From assembly GCA_964414415.1 (NCBI GenBank), contig CAYPWJ010000005.1:11772-75771 (forward strand): 64,000 nt of DNA. The letters are read 5' to 3'. Shown in pieces: positions 20,930 to 30,500 of this stretch. The number at the start of each line of letters is the position of its first letter. Within the stretch, counting starts at the first letter, position 1. Source of the DNA: an uncultured Thermoplasmatales archaeon (GTDB lineage: Archaea; Thermoplasmatota; E2; UBA202; DSCA01). Made by a program: the position numbers and the translations under genes. Under the pieces are notes generated by a model. It searched no databases, had not been told where the DNA came from, and worked only from the letters and a program-made list of their open reading frames with translations.

Positions 20930-21348
20930 GTCCGGCATGGGTAAAAAGCAGGTGTCGGTACCGGGATATGGATGACGATGGCGCGTGGCTGCTCTTCGTG
21001 TACAACGCTTCTTGTACAACGCGGACGGCGGGATGATGCAGGCGCTCCGGGATGCGGTGCGCAAGGCGTGTCGCCTGAGACGTATAGCTGCGACCTGTGC
21101 GCGTTGACCTACGGGAGCCCGGGGGATCCGGCGGCGGTGGCGTGGCTTTGTCGATGGACTGCGGCTGCCTGCGGCGTTTCTACATCGGGACGAGTTCCGG
21201 GAGCGATACGGCGATGACGTGGGGTGCCAGCTCTCGTTATCCAGCGTGACGATGCGCTATCGTTGCCGCTGTCGGCAGGGGAGATAAACGGCTGCGCGAC
21301 GCTGGATGAGCTGATGGCGCTGGTGGAGGAAAAGGTTGGCGGAGCTGT

Positions 21349-21480
21349 CTAGGCGAGGCCCTTGATGGCGGCGACGCAGCCTTTGCAGATGTTTCGTTTT
21401 GTGCCCTTGATGTGGACGTGTCGGATGTTGTCGTCGGGGACCTCCGCCCCGCAGACGTCACATGTTGTCATGGCGAGCAT
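21349..21480 (-). CDS. small zinc-ribbon protein (CxxC...CxxC), hypothetical
   Basis: 43-aa MLAMTTCDVCGAEVPDDNIRHVHIKGTKRNICKGCVAAIKGLA forms the clean C-terminus of a 346-aa antisense ORF that is otherwise junk. Its ATG lies just downstream of a palindromic TATA element. Confidence 0.45.
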   Translation of the reverse strand: MLAMTTCDVCGAEVPDDNIRHVHIKGTKRNICKGCVAAIKGLA

Positions 21481-21489
21481 AACTCCTGC

Positions 21490-21503
21490 ATGTTTATAAA
21501 CAT
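21490..21503. promoter_or_regulatory. perfect 14-bp palindromic TATA element (ATGTTTATAAACAT) in divergent promoter region; second TATA-like box CTATATAAAG at 21515-21524
   Basis: Lies in the AT-rich 72-bp gap between the minus-strand zinc-ribbon gene (start 21480) and the plus-strand rhodanese gene (start 21553). The second box is about 27 nt upstream of 21553, fitting a leaderless start. Confidence 0.5.
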
Positions 21504-21552
21504 TCGTGGCATAACTATATAAAGTTACAATTGTTAAGTATGTGGTGGAAGC

Positions 21553-22428
21553 ATGAAAACAAGTCCATATCCAGCGGGAAAAGGCAACATGAAATGGGTC
21601 TCGACCGAATGGCTCGAGGAACACCACGACGACCCCGACCTGATGGTGCTCGACACGCAGCCCGACATCCACGACTATATTACGGAGCACCTGCCAAACG
21701 CGGTCTACTTTAACCAGCGATTGCTCCGCATCCCCTACAGGGGCAGACCCGGCGTCTACGTGCCCGATACCGTGGTGCAGCAGCTGTTCAGCCGCATCGG
21801 CCTCACGCCGGCAAAGCCGGTCGTCGTCTACGGCGGCGTCGGCGCCTTCCGCGGCTGGGGCGACGGCCTCGAGCAGACCATGGTCGCCTACACCCTTGCC
21901 CGCTACGGCCACAAAAACGTCCACGTCCTCAACGGCGGCATCGACAAATGGAAAGCCGAGCAGCGACCCCTGGCCAAGGGATTCCCCGACCTCACGGAGA
22001 GCGACTTTCCCGTCCAGGTGCAGCACGACTACGTCGTCGACATGGACCAAGTCAAAGACATGAAAGACCGCGACGACGTGATGCTGCTCGACGCCCGGCC
22101 GCCCAACTTCTACGAAGGGCAGGGCCCCTGGCGGAAACCCGGCCACATACCCGGCGCGGTCAACCTGCCCTGGAAGCACCTGATGGACGAGGCAAACGCG
22201 ACGCTGCTCAAGCCCGACGACGCCATCCAGACGGTGCTCGACGACCGCGGTATATCGCCCGACAAGACCATCATCTGCTCCTGCGGCACCGGGCGGGAGG
22301 CCACCAACGAGTTCTTGCTGTTCAAATGGTACCTCGGCTATCCGAACGTCCACATCTACGAGGGCTCCTTCACCGAATGGACGGCCCACCCGGACAACCC
22401 GACGGCGACGGGCCCCGAGCCCTACTAA
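21553..22428 (+). CDS. tandem-rhodanese sulfurtransferase (thiosulfate/3-mercaptopyruvate sulfurtransferase-like)
   Basis: Two rhodanese domains with an active-site Cys loop CSCGTGREAT in the C-terminal domain. Confidence 0.85.
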   Translation: MKTSPYPAGKGNMKWVSTEWLEEHHDDPDLMVLDTQPDIHDYITEHLPNAVYFNQRLLRIPYRGRPGVYVPDTVVQQLFSRIGLTPAKPVVVYGGVGAFRGWGDGLEQTMVAYTLARYGHKNVHVLNGGIDKWKAEQRPLAKGFPDLTESDFPVQVQHDYVVDMDQVKDMKDRDDVMLLDARPPNFYEGQGPWRKPGHIPGAVNLPWKHLMDEANATLLKPDDAIQTVLDDRGISPDKTIICSCGTGREATNEFLLFKWYLGYPNVHIYEGSFTEWTAHPDNPTATGPEPY

Positions 22429-22430
22429 CG

Positions 22431-23774
22431 ATGCTGTTCGAACGCATCACCTCTCCTGGCCTGGCACACAACTCCTACATCGTCGGCTCGCAGGGACAGG
22501 CGGCGGTCATCGACCCCCGGCGTGACGCCTGGACATATGCAGAGATAGCACGCAGCAACGACATGCGCATCACCCGTATATTCGAGACGCACCGCAACGA
22601 GGACTACGTCATCGGCTCCCTCGAACTCGCCGAGCTCACCGGCGCGGACGTGTATCACGGCGGAGCCCTTGACTTCGACTACGGCGTCCCGGTCGAGGAG
22701 GACGACAGCTTTACCGTGGGCGCCCTCAAGCTCCAGGTGCTCGAGACCCCGGGCCACACGGACGAGAGCATCTCCATCGTCGTGACCAACGCGGCGGTGG
22801 CGCCGCAGCCCTACATGGTGTTCACCGGCGATGCATTGTTCGCGGGCGACGTCGGCCGCACCGACCTGTATGGCAGCGATGAACGTGAGCGGATGGCCTC
22901 GGCGCTGTACGACAGCCTATATGAGAAGCTGCTGCCGCTGGGCGACCACGTCATCGTCTGCCCGGCCCATGGCTCCGGCTCGGTCTGCGGCGGCTCCATC
23001 GGCGATTTGCCGTTCACGAGCATCGGCTACGAACGGCGGAGCAACCCGATGCTGCAGCTCGACAGGCAGGACTTCATCGAGCGGAAACGCCAGGAGGAGC
23101 TCCACGTGCCGCCGTATTTCCGGCAGATGGAGATATACAACAAGCGTGGGGCGCCGGTGCTCCACCGGATGCCGCAGCCCGCGGCGCTGTCGGTCAGCGA
23201 GCTCGCCGGGATGCAGGACGAGGCGCAGCTGGTGGACGTCCGTCGGCCGGATTGCTTTGCAGCGGCACATATCCCGGGCAGCCTCAACGTGTGGAGCCAT
23301 GCGCTGGCGGGCATCGCGGGCTGGTTCCTGTCATACGACCGGCCGGTGGTGCTCATCGACGGCGATATGGATGCAGCAACGCGCTCCCTCGTCCGCCTCG
23401 GCTTTGACGACCTGTCGGCGTTGCGGGGCGGCATCGGCACCTGGCAGCAGGCGGGGCGGCCGGTGGGGCACATCGACGTGTGGCACGCCGACCGGCTGCA
23501 TGCACGGCTGGATGACGTGTTCACTTTGGACGTCCGGACGAGGCGGAGCCGTGGCGAGCATGGCCACATCCCGGGCTCCCGCCACGTGTATCTCGGTGAT
23601 CTGCCCGACCGGCTTGACGACCTCCCGCGCGAGGAGATCATCGTTATCTATTGTGATGCGGGCTACAAGACGGGGACGGCGGCGAGTCTGCTCACCCGGC
23701 ATGGATTCGACAGGGTGGCGGAGCTCGTCGGTGGCTTCGCGGCCTGGCGGCAGGCCGGCTACGCCGTTGACTAG
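22431..23774 (+). CDS. metallo-beta-lactamase-fold hydrolase fused to two rhodanese domains
   Basis: N-terminal metallo-beta-lactamase region (HRNEDYVIG, GHTDESI, then CPAHGSG), followed by two rhodanese-like modules. One has a catalytic-type Cys (IYCDAGYKTG). It starts 3 nt after the rhodanese stop. Confidence 0.8.
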   Translation: MLFERITSPGLAHNSYIVGSQGQAAVIDPRRDAWTYAEIARSNDMRITRIFETHRNEDYVIGSLELAELTGADVYHGGALDFDYGVPVEEDDSFTVGALKLQVLETPGHTDESISIVVTNAAVAPQPYMVFTGDALFAGDVGRTDLYGSDERERMASALYDSLYEKLLPLGDHVIVCPAHGSGSVCGGSIGDLPFTSIGYERRSNPMLQLDRQDFIERKRQEELHVPPYFRQMEIYNKRGAPVLHRMPQPAALSVSELAGMQDEAQLVDVRRPDCFAAAHIPGSLNVWSHALAGIAGWFLSYDRPVVLIDGDMDAATRSLVRLGFDDLSALRGGIGTWQQAGRPVGHIDVWHADRLHARLDDVFTLDVRTRRSRGEHGHIPGSRHVYLGDLPDRLDDLPREEIIVIYCDAGYKTGTAASLLTRHGFDRVAELVGGFAAWRQAGYAVD

Positions 23775-24280
23775 TCGAGCTGTGCCAGTGATGCCTCGAT
23801 GAAGTCGTCGAGGTCGCCGGGATGCCGGCTGGAGACGAGGTTGTCGTCGATGACGACCGATTGGTCGCGGTAGTCGGCGCCGGCGTTCTTGATGTCCTGG
23901 ACGATGGACGTCCAGCCGGTCATCTTCCGGCCTTGCGCCACCTGGGCGGTGATGAGCAGCTGGGCGCCGTGGCAGATGACGAAGACGGGTTTCCCGCTCT
24001 GGACGAAGTCGCGGACGAATGTCACCGGCGCCTCATGGGCGCGGAGCTTGTCGGGCGAGTAGCCGCCGGGGATGAGCAACGCATCGAAGGCATCAGGTAT
24101 GGCGTCACTGGCTGCCAGGTCGATGGTGACCCCGGTGCCCTGTTTTTTGCCGGTGACCGTCTTTCCCTTTTCGAGGCCGACATGCGTCAGCTCGTGCCCG
24201 GCCTTTTTGAGCGCCGCAGCGGGGCGGCTGTACTCAACGTCTTCGAAGAGGTCGTCGATGACGACGGCGATGCGGCTCAT
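23771..24280 (-). CDS. DJ-1/PfpI family protein (intracellular protease/deglycase-like)
   Basis: LLIPGGYSPDKLR and the nucleophile elbow VFVICHGAQLL. Confidence 0.9.
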   Translation of the reverse strand: MSRIAVVIDDLFEDVEYSRPAAALKKAGHELTHVGLEKGKTVTGKKQGTGVTIDLAASDAIPDAFDALLIPGGYSPDKLRAHEAPVTFVRDFVQSGKPVFVICHGAQLLITAQVAQGRKMTGWTSIVQDIKNAGADYRDQSVVIDDNLVSSRHPGDLDDFIEASLAQLD

Positions 24281-24579
24281 GGTCTGCCTCCCGGATGTAT
24301 GGCGGTCTTTTCTTTGTGTATGTCTCTTGAAGTCATTGTCTCCCTCACCGTCACTATCGCACGGCTGTTTTTAAAAGGTTTGTGACGCATATGGGTGGTA
24401 TGGGCTGTTGCCTGTATGCCGTCGCGGCGCCGAGATACCAGGGTTTTTATACGCCATATCCAGCAAAAATACCAGGTTTTATATAACATAAACTGTTGTT
24501 AATGCCACTGTACGCGATGTTCGGGATTCCATAGAGGCCGAGCTGCCGCTTCCCGAAACCGTGTATAGAAGGTGAGATA

Positions 24580-26082
24580 ATGAGCGATGACCGCCAGACG
24601 GAGGAGAACCCCCGGATGAGGCAATTAGCCCTCGAATCGTCGCTGAATCCGATCGCGCTCTCCGACCTCGACGGAGAGATCACTTATGTCAATCCAGCTT
24701 TCATGGAAACCTGGGGACACGACGACGAAAACGAGGTGCTCGGTCGGCCTGCAACGGCATTCTGGGCGACTGAGGGCAAAGCGAAAGAGGTGCTGCACGC
24801 GCTGCACGAGACAGGGAGATGGTTCGGCGAGATCATCGCCCGCCGCAAGGACGGCACCACGTTCCCGGTGCAGACCTCGGCCAGCGTGGTGACCAATGAA
24901 GACGGCGAAGCGGTCGGCATGATGGCATCCTTCGTGGACCTCAGCGAGCACGCCCGGATACGGCAGGCGCTGCACGAAACCGAGCGGAAATTCCGAGCCA
25001 TCATCAACAACTCGCCGATCGGCATCGCGCTGCTCGACGAGGACGGCGAGCTGCTGCTGAGCAACCTCGCCCTGCAGGACATGCTGGGGTACAGCGAGGA
25101 GAAGCTGCAGAACCTCGGGTTATCCGATCTCACGCATCCCGACGACGTGGAAAAAGACGAGACACTCTACCAGGAGCTCCACGACGAGGAGCGCACCTCG
25201 TATTCCATCGACAAACGCTTCGTCCGGCGGGACGGCTCCGTCATGTGGGGCGCACTCACCGTGGCGGTCATCCGCAACGAGGAGAACGCGCCGCAGAATG
25301 TCATCTGCATGGTGGAGGACGTCACCAAGGAAAAACGAATGGAGCAGGAACGCCAGCAGCTGCTGCAGGACCTGAAGCGGTCCAACGAGGAGCTGGAGCA
25401 GTTCGCCTACGTGGCGTCGCACGACCTGCAGGAGCCGCTCCGGATGGTGTCCAGCTACCTGCAGCTGCTGCAGCGCCGCTACCAGGACGAGCTCGACGAG
25501 GACGCAGACGACTTCATCGTCTACGCGGTGGACGGCGCCCGGCGGATGAAACAGCTCATCAACGACCTGCTCAAATATTCACGCATCACGACGCGCGGCA
25601 ACCCGTTCGAGCCGGTCGACATCTCCGGGCTCATGGAGGAGGTCGTCGACGACCTCCAGCAGCAGATAGCGGAAACAGATGCAGCGGTCACCCACGAGGA
25701 GCTGCCGACGATTACGGCAGACAAATCGCAGCTCCGCCGGCTCCTGCAGAACCTGGTCAGCAACGCCATCAAGTACCGCGGCGACGAGCCACCGGAGATA
25801 CACATCGGCGTCAGAGAGCAGCAGGATGCCTGGCGTTTCGCCGTCGCGGACAACGGCGTCGGCATTCCGGAGGAGCAGCAGGACCGCGTATTTGTCATCT
25901 TCCAGCGGCTGCACGGCCACGACGAGGGCGGCGGCGGGACGGGCATCGGCCTCGCATTGTGCAAGCGCATCGTCGAGCGGCACGGCGGAGACATCTGGGT
26001 TGACTCGGAGCCGGGCGAGGGCGCTACCTTTTACTTTACGATTCCCAAGGATTTGAAGGAAAAACAGGGTGAAAAAAAATGA
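24580..26082 (+). CDS. PAS-domain sensor histidine kinase (PAS x3, HisKA, HATPase_c)
   Basis: H-box FAYVASHDLQEPLR, then the N box (LVSNAIKYR), G1 (DNGVGIP) and G2 (GGTGIGLALCKRIV). Confidence 0.9.
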   Translation: MSDDRQTEENPRMRQLALESSLNPIALSDLDGEITYVNPAFMETWGHDDENEVLGRPATAFWATEGKAKEVLHALHETGRWFGEIIARRKDGTTFPVQTSASVVTNEDGEAVGMMASFVDLSEHARIRQALHETERKFRAIINNSPIGIALLDEDGELLLSNLALQDMLGYSEEKLQNLGLSDLTHPDDVEKDETLYQELHDEERTSYSIDKRFVRRDGSVMWGALTVAVIRNEENAPQNVICMVEDVTKEKRMEQERQQLLQDLKRSNEELEQFAYVASHDLQEPLRMVSSYLQLLQRRYQDELDEDADDFIVYAVDGARRMKQLINDLLKYSRITTRGNPFEPVDISGLMEEVVDDLQQQIAETDAAVTHEELPTITADKSQLRRLLQNLVSNAIKYRGDEPPEIHIGVREQQDAWRFAVADNGVGIPEEQQDRVFVIFQRLHGHDEGGGGTGIGLALCKRIVERHGGDIWVDSEPGEGATFYFTIPKDLKEKQGEKK

Positions 26083-26549
26083 ATGAAGAAGAGAAGGGCA
26101 CAACGATGGGAAAACCGGTTGAGATACTGCTTGTGGAGGACAACCCGGGCGACGTCCGGCTGACCAGGGAGGCACTGCAGGAGAGCAAGCTCCGGAACAA
26201 CCTCCACGTCGTCATGGACGGCGAGGCGGCCATGGATTTCGTCTACCAGCGAGGAGAATACGCCGACGAGCCGCGTCCCGATCTCCTCCTCCTGGACCTC
26301 AACCTGCCGAAGAAGGACGGGCGGGAGGTCCTCGAGGACATAAAGGGTGACGAGGAGCTGCGGAGCATCCCGGTGGTCATCCTGACCACGTCGGAAGCCG
26401 ACGAGGACATCGTCAAGACCTACAACCTGCATGCCAACGCCTACATCACCAAGCCGGTGGGGATGGAAAAGTTCATCGACGTGGTCAAGTCGGTGAAGGA
26501 CTTCTGGTTCACCATCGTCAAGCTGCCCGACGAGCGCCTGGAAAGCTAG
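26079..26549 (+). CDS. response regulator receiver (CheY-like, single domain)
   Basis: LLVEDNPGD...LLLLDLNLPKKDG...TTS with the phospho-acceptor Asp. ATGA overlap with the upstream kinase. Confidence 0.9.
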   Translation: MNEEEKGTTMGKPVEILLVEDNPGDVRLTREALQESKLRNNLHVVMDGEAAMDFVYQRGEYADEPRPDLLLLDLNLPKKDGREVLEDIKGDEELRSIPVVILTTSEADEDIVKTYNLHANAYITKPVGMEKFIDVVKSVKDFWFTIVKLPDERLES

Positions 26550-26556
26550 AGGGACG

Positions 26557-27576
26557 ATGCAAACCGACGTGCTGCTCGTGGAGGACAACCCCGGCGACGC
26601 CCGCCTCGTGCAGGAGATGCTCAGCAACGGCGGGAAAGACAGCTACGACATCACGCATCTCGATTGCCTCTCCACGGCGCTCGAGCAACTGACGGAGGCA
26701 CAACCTGATGTCATCCTGCTCGACCTCAACCTGCCGGACAGCCACGGCGCCGAGACGTTCGACAGCGTCGCCGACCACGATATCGAGCCGCCGGTCGTGG
26801 TGCTCACCGGCCTCGACGACGAGAGCCTTGCACTGCAGCTCGTCCAGCGGGGGGCACAGGACTACCTGGTAAAGGGGCAGCTCAGCCCGACGCTGCTCAG
26901 GAAGAGCATCGTGTATGCCATGGAGCGGCATGAGAGCAAGCAGCGGATAGAGGAGGTCGCCGAGGCGTTGCGGGTCATCAACAAGCTCATACGGCATGAC
27001 ATCATCAACAAGCTCCAGGTCGCGCAGAGCGCCCTCAGCCTCGCCCAGGATGATGCAGACGAGGCGATGATGCAGAAGGCGATGGACCGCGTTGGAGACA
27101 CAATCAGTCTGCTGCATCGCATGAAGGAGCTTGAGCAGCTGGTCGCCTCCAGCAAAACCGTGCAGGAGTACGACGCCCGTCAGGTCGCAGAGGAGGTGGC
27201 GGATCGATTTGACGTCTCCATCTCGCTGGAGGGCGACTGCGCCGTCACGGCCGACAAGGCGCTCTATTCCGTCATGGAAAACCTCCTGCGCAACGCGGTT
27301 GACCACGGCGGCAGCACCCATGTCGACATCTCCATGCAGCCGCATGACGGCACCTGCGAGATACGCGTCGCGGACAACGGCAGCGGCATCGACGATGCGA
27401 TAAAGCAGCGGGTGTTCAACGAGGAGTTCAGCTCGGGCGGCAGCGCCGGCTCCGGGCTCGGCCTCTACATCGTCAAGAAGACAATGGAGCGATACGGCGG
27501 CCGCGTGGCCATCGAGGACAACGACCCCCAAGGTGCAGTCATCGTGCTCACGCTTCCCAGGTGCTCGCCAGGATGA
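26557..27576 (+). CDS. hybrid receiver-histidine kinase (REC, H-box of RHDIIN type, HATPase_c)
   Basis: N-terminal REC (LLVEDNPGDARL...ILLDLNLPDSHG), H-box LIRHDIINKL and an ATPase with DNGSGID / GSGLGLYIV. Confidence 0.8.
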   Translation: MQTDVLLVEDNPGDARLVQEMLSNGGKDSYDITHLDCLSTALEQLTEAQPDVILLDLNLPDSHGAETFDSVADHDIEPPVVVLTGLDDESLALQLVQRGAQDYLVKGQLSPTLLRKSIVYAMERHESKQRIEEVAEALRVINKLIRHDIINKLQVAQSALSLAQDDADEAMMQKAMDRVGDTISLLHRMKELEQLVASSKTVQEYDARQVAEEVADRFDVSISLEGDCAVTADKALYSVMENLLRNAVDHGGSTHVDISMQPHDGTCEIRVADNGSGIDDAIKQRVFNEEFSSGGSAGSGLGLYIVKKTMERYGGRVAIEDNDPQGAVIVLTLPRCSPG

Positions 27577-30500
27577 CCGTCGTCCACACACTGTTGATAG
27601 AGGACAATCCCGCCGATGCCCGCCTGGTAGAGGAGATGCTCGCGGGGCTCGACGACATCCAGTTCGACATCACCATGCGGGAGAGCCTCGCCGACGGCGC
27701 CGCCTTCCTCGACGACCACGAGGCAGACGTGGTGCTCCTCGACCTCGGGCTGCCGGACAGCCAGGGCATGGAGACGTTCAAGTCCATGCATCAAAAGGCG
27801 CCGCTCGTGCCCATCGTGGTACTCACCGGGCTCAAGGACGAGGAGCTCGCCGTCGAGATGGCCAGGGAGGGAGCGCAGGAGTACCTCGTCAAGGACACCA
27901 TCAGCAGCGAGGTGCTCACCCATACCATCCAGTACGCCATCGAGCGGAAAAACGTAGAAAAACACATGCATCGGCTGAACAGCCTCCTGCAGGCGATACG
28001 AGAAATCAACCAGCTCATCGTCCGGGAATCCGACCCGGAGGAACTGATAACGCAGACATGTAACGCTCTCGCCTCGGTCAGCGACTATCATCACGTCCGG
28101 ATATTCCTAACGGACGAGCTCGGCGAGGCGCAGCTCGGCATCTGCGCCGACCAGGATGGGACGACGAAATACCCGGAAAGCGGTATACCTGTCTGCATGG
28201 AACGGGCGATAGCCGACAGCGACATAGTGGCCGTTGAAACCATGGGGTCTATGTGCAGCGAGTGTCCATGGAACGGGAGCTACGATGAGGAATACAACGC
28301 CGTCGCCATACCGCTGAGCTACCTCGGCAACGTGTATGGAGCGCTGTCGGTTCTCATCCCCACAGAGCGGCAGGAAATAGCGGAGGAGGAAGGCCTGTTC
28401 AAGGAGGTCGCCGACGACCTGGCGTTCGCCCTCTACGACCTCGAGCTGGAGGAAAAACACCGGGAGACGGAGGAGCGATACCAGCAGCTCGTGGAGAGCA
28501 CCCCGGGCCTGATATGCCAGCTCGACCCCGACGGGACAACGCGGTTCGTCAACAGCTACGTGGAGGAGCTCATGGGCTACACGGTGGAGGAGGTCGTCGG
28601 CGAGGACTGGTGGAGCCTGTTCTATCCCGGCGACACACGCGAACAGGTCGACGAGCTGTACGACCGCTTCAAGGCAGACGACGACGTCCGCGGTTTCGAG
28701 ATGGAGATGACGGACAAGCACGGGGAACGACACATCATCAGCTGGAACTCGTTCAACCAGTGGGAGAACGGAGCGCTACAGAAAATATTCGGCGTCGGCG
28801 TCGACGTCACCGAGCGGGAGACTTTTCTGGAAAAACTAAAAGAGAAGCATCGAGAGACGGAGGCCATGCTGGAGAGCATGTTGAACGCCTTCGTTCTCTT
28901 CGAGTCGGTTTTTGATGAAGATGGAAACTTCGTCAGTTACCGGTTCGTCTACATCAATAAAGCCTACGAGGAGATGACCGGTGTCAAGCTCGAGGACGTG
29001 AAGGGCAAGACGGTGCATGAAGTCTGGCCCGACACGGAGCCCGAGTGGATAAAAAGATATGGAGAGGTGGCGGTGACCGGCGAAAGTCAGACCTTCGACC
29101 TGTATCACGACCCCACCGGCAAGGTATATCACTGCAACGTATACCGGCCGTACGACACACAAGAGAAGTTCTGCGTAATCTTCGAGGATATCACCGACTG
29201 GAAGCAGGCGCAGCAGGAGCTCAAGGCACGCGAGAAAAAATTCCGGGAGATATTCCACAACGCCAACGACGCGATGTACCTCCACACGTTAACGGACGAC
29301 GGTATGCCGGACCGGTTCATCGAGGTCAACGACGTCGCCTGCGAGATGCTCGGCTACACCCGCGAAGAGTTCCTGGAGATGTCGCCGATGGACATCGACG
29401 ACCCTGATGCACCGACAGATGTCCCTGCAGTTATGCAGGACCTGCTGGACGAGGGACATGCCACCTTCGAGATGCGGCACGTGGCCAAGGACGGCTCCCG
29501 CGTACCGGTCGAGATCAGCTCCCACGCGTTTACCCTGAACGGCGAACAGCTCGTTCTCTCCATCGCCCGGGACATCACCGAGCGAAAGAAAAGACAAAGG
29601 CGACTTGAAAGCTCGCAAGAAATTGCACATGTCGGGAGTTGGGAAATAGACCTGGCAACCGGTGACCTCTCGTGGTCCGACGAGACATGCCGGATATTCG
29701 GAGTGCCGGTCGATGAACCGGTAGACTACGATACGTTTCTGGATTTCGTCCACCCCGAGGACCGTGATCATGTAGATGAAAAGTGGAACGAGGCGCTACA
29801 AACCGGGGAATACGACATTGAACACAGAATCCTGGTCGACGGCACAACAAAGTGGGTGCGGGAAAAAGCCGACATAACGTTTGACGGCCAGGGAGAGCCG
29901 GTCGAAGCAATCGGAAGCGTGCAGGACATCACCGAGCGGAAAGAACGGGAGAAAACCGAGCGGGAACTCAGGCAGCGCATCGAGGCGGGCCTGCAGGCTG
30001 GCAACCTGGCATGGTGGGAGATGGAGCTGCCCTCCGGCGACGTTGTCTTCGACGACCGGAAGGCAGAGATGCTCGGCTACGAGCCGGAGCACTTCGAAAC
30101 CTACGAGGACTTCACCGAGCTGCTGCACCCAGACGACTACGAACGGGCGATGCAGGCCATGCGGGACCATCTGCAGGGCCGGGAGGAGAACTACGAGGTC
30201 GAATACCGCATCAGGACCAGCGATGGCACCTATCGATGGTTCCGGGACGTCGGCGGCATCACGGAACGGGGTGAGGAGACAGGCCACACCAGGGTCATCG
30301 GCATCGTCGAAGACATCACCGAGCGAAAACAGGCACAGCAGGAGCTCGAAAAGCAGGAGCGGAAACTCCGGATGCTCTTCATGGAGACACAGAACCCCAT
30401 CCTGGTGGCAAACGACGAGGATGTACACGTCGATGCCAACCAGGCCGCCCTCGACTTCCTGGAATGCGACATGGAGACGCTGCGGGGAACAACCCCCTGG

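Noticed and set aside
20119-21036. 305-aa plus-strand ORF and the overlapping 223-aa and 92-aa minus-strand ORFs over the membrane protein gene
   Set aside because: Arg/His/Ala-rich translations with no hydrophobic pattern. The 20246-20929 frame has the consistent TM-helix signal and GC3 bias.
21349-22389. 346-aa minus-strand ORF spanning the rhodanese gene
   Set aside because: The translation is V/D/G/A-rich and repetitive (VDVDV...), typical of antisense reading of GC-rich coding DNA. Only its last 43 codons (the zinc-ribbon peptide) look genuine and are reported separately.
21948-22430. Upstream extension of the metallo-beta-lactamase/rhodanese ORF to 608 aa
   Set aside because: The extension is Arg/Pro-rich and lies inside the rhodanese gene in another frame. 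The real start is the ATG at 22431, right after the rhodanese stop.
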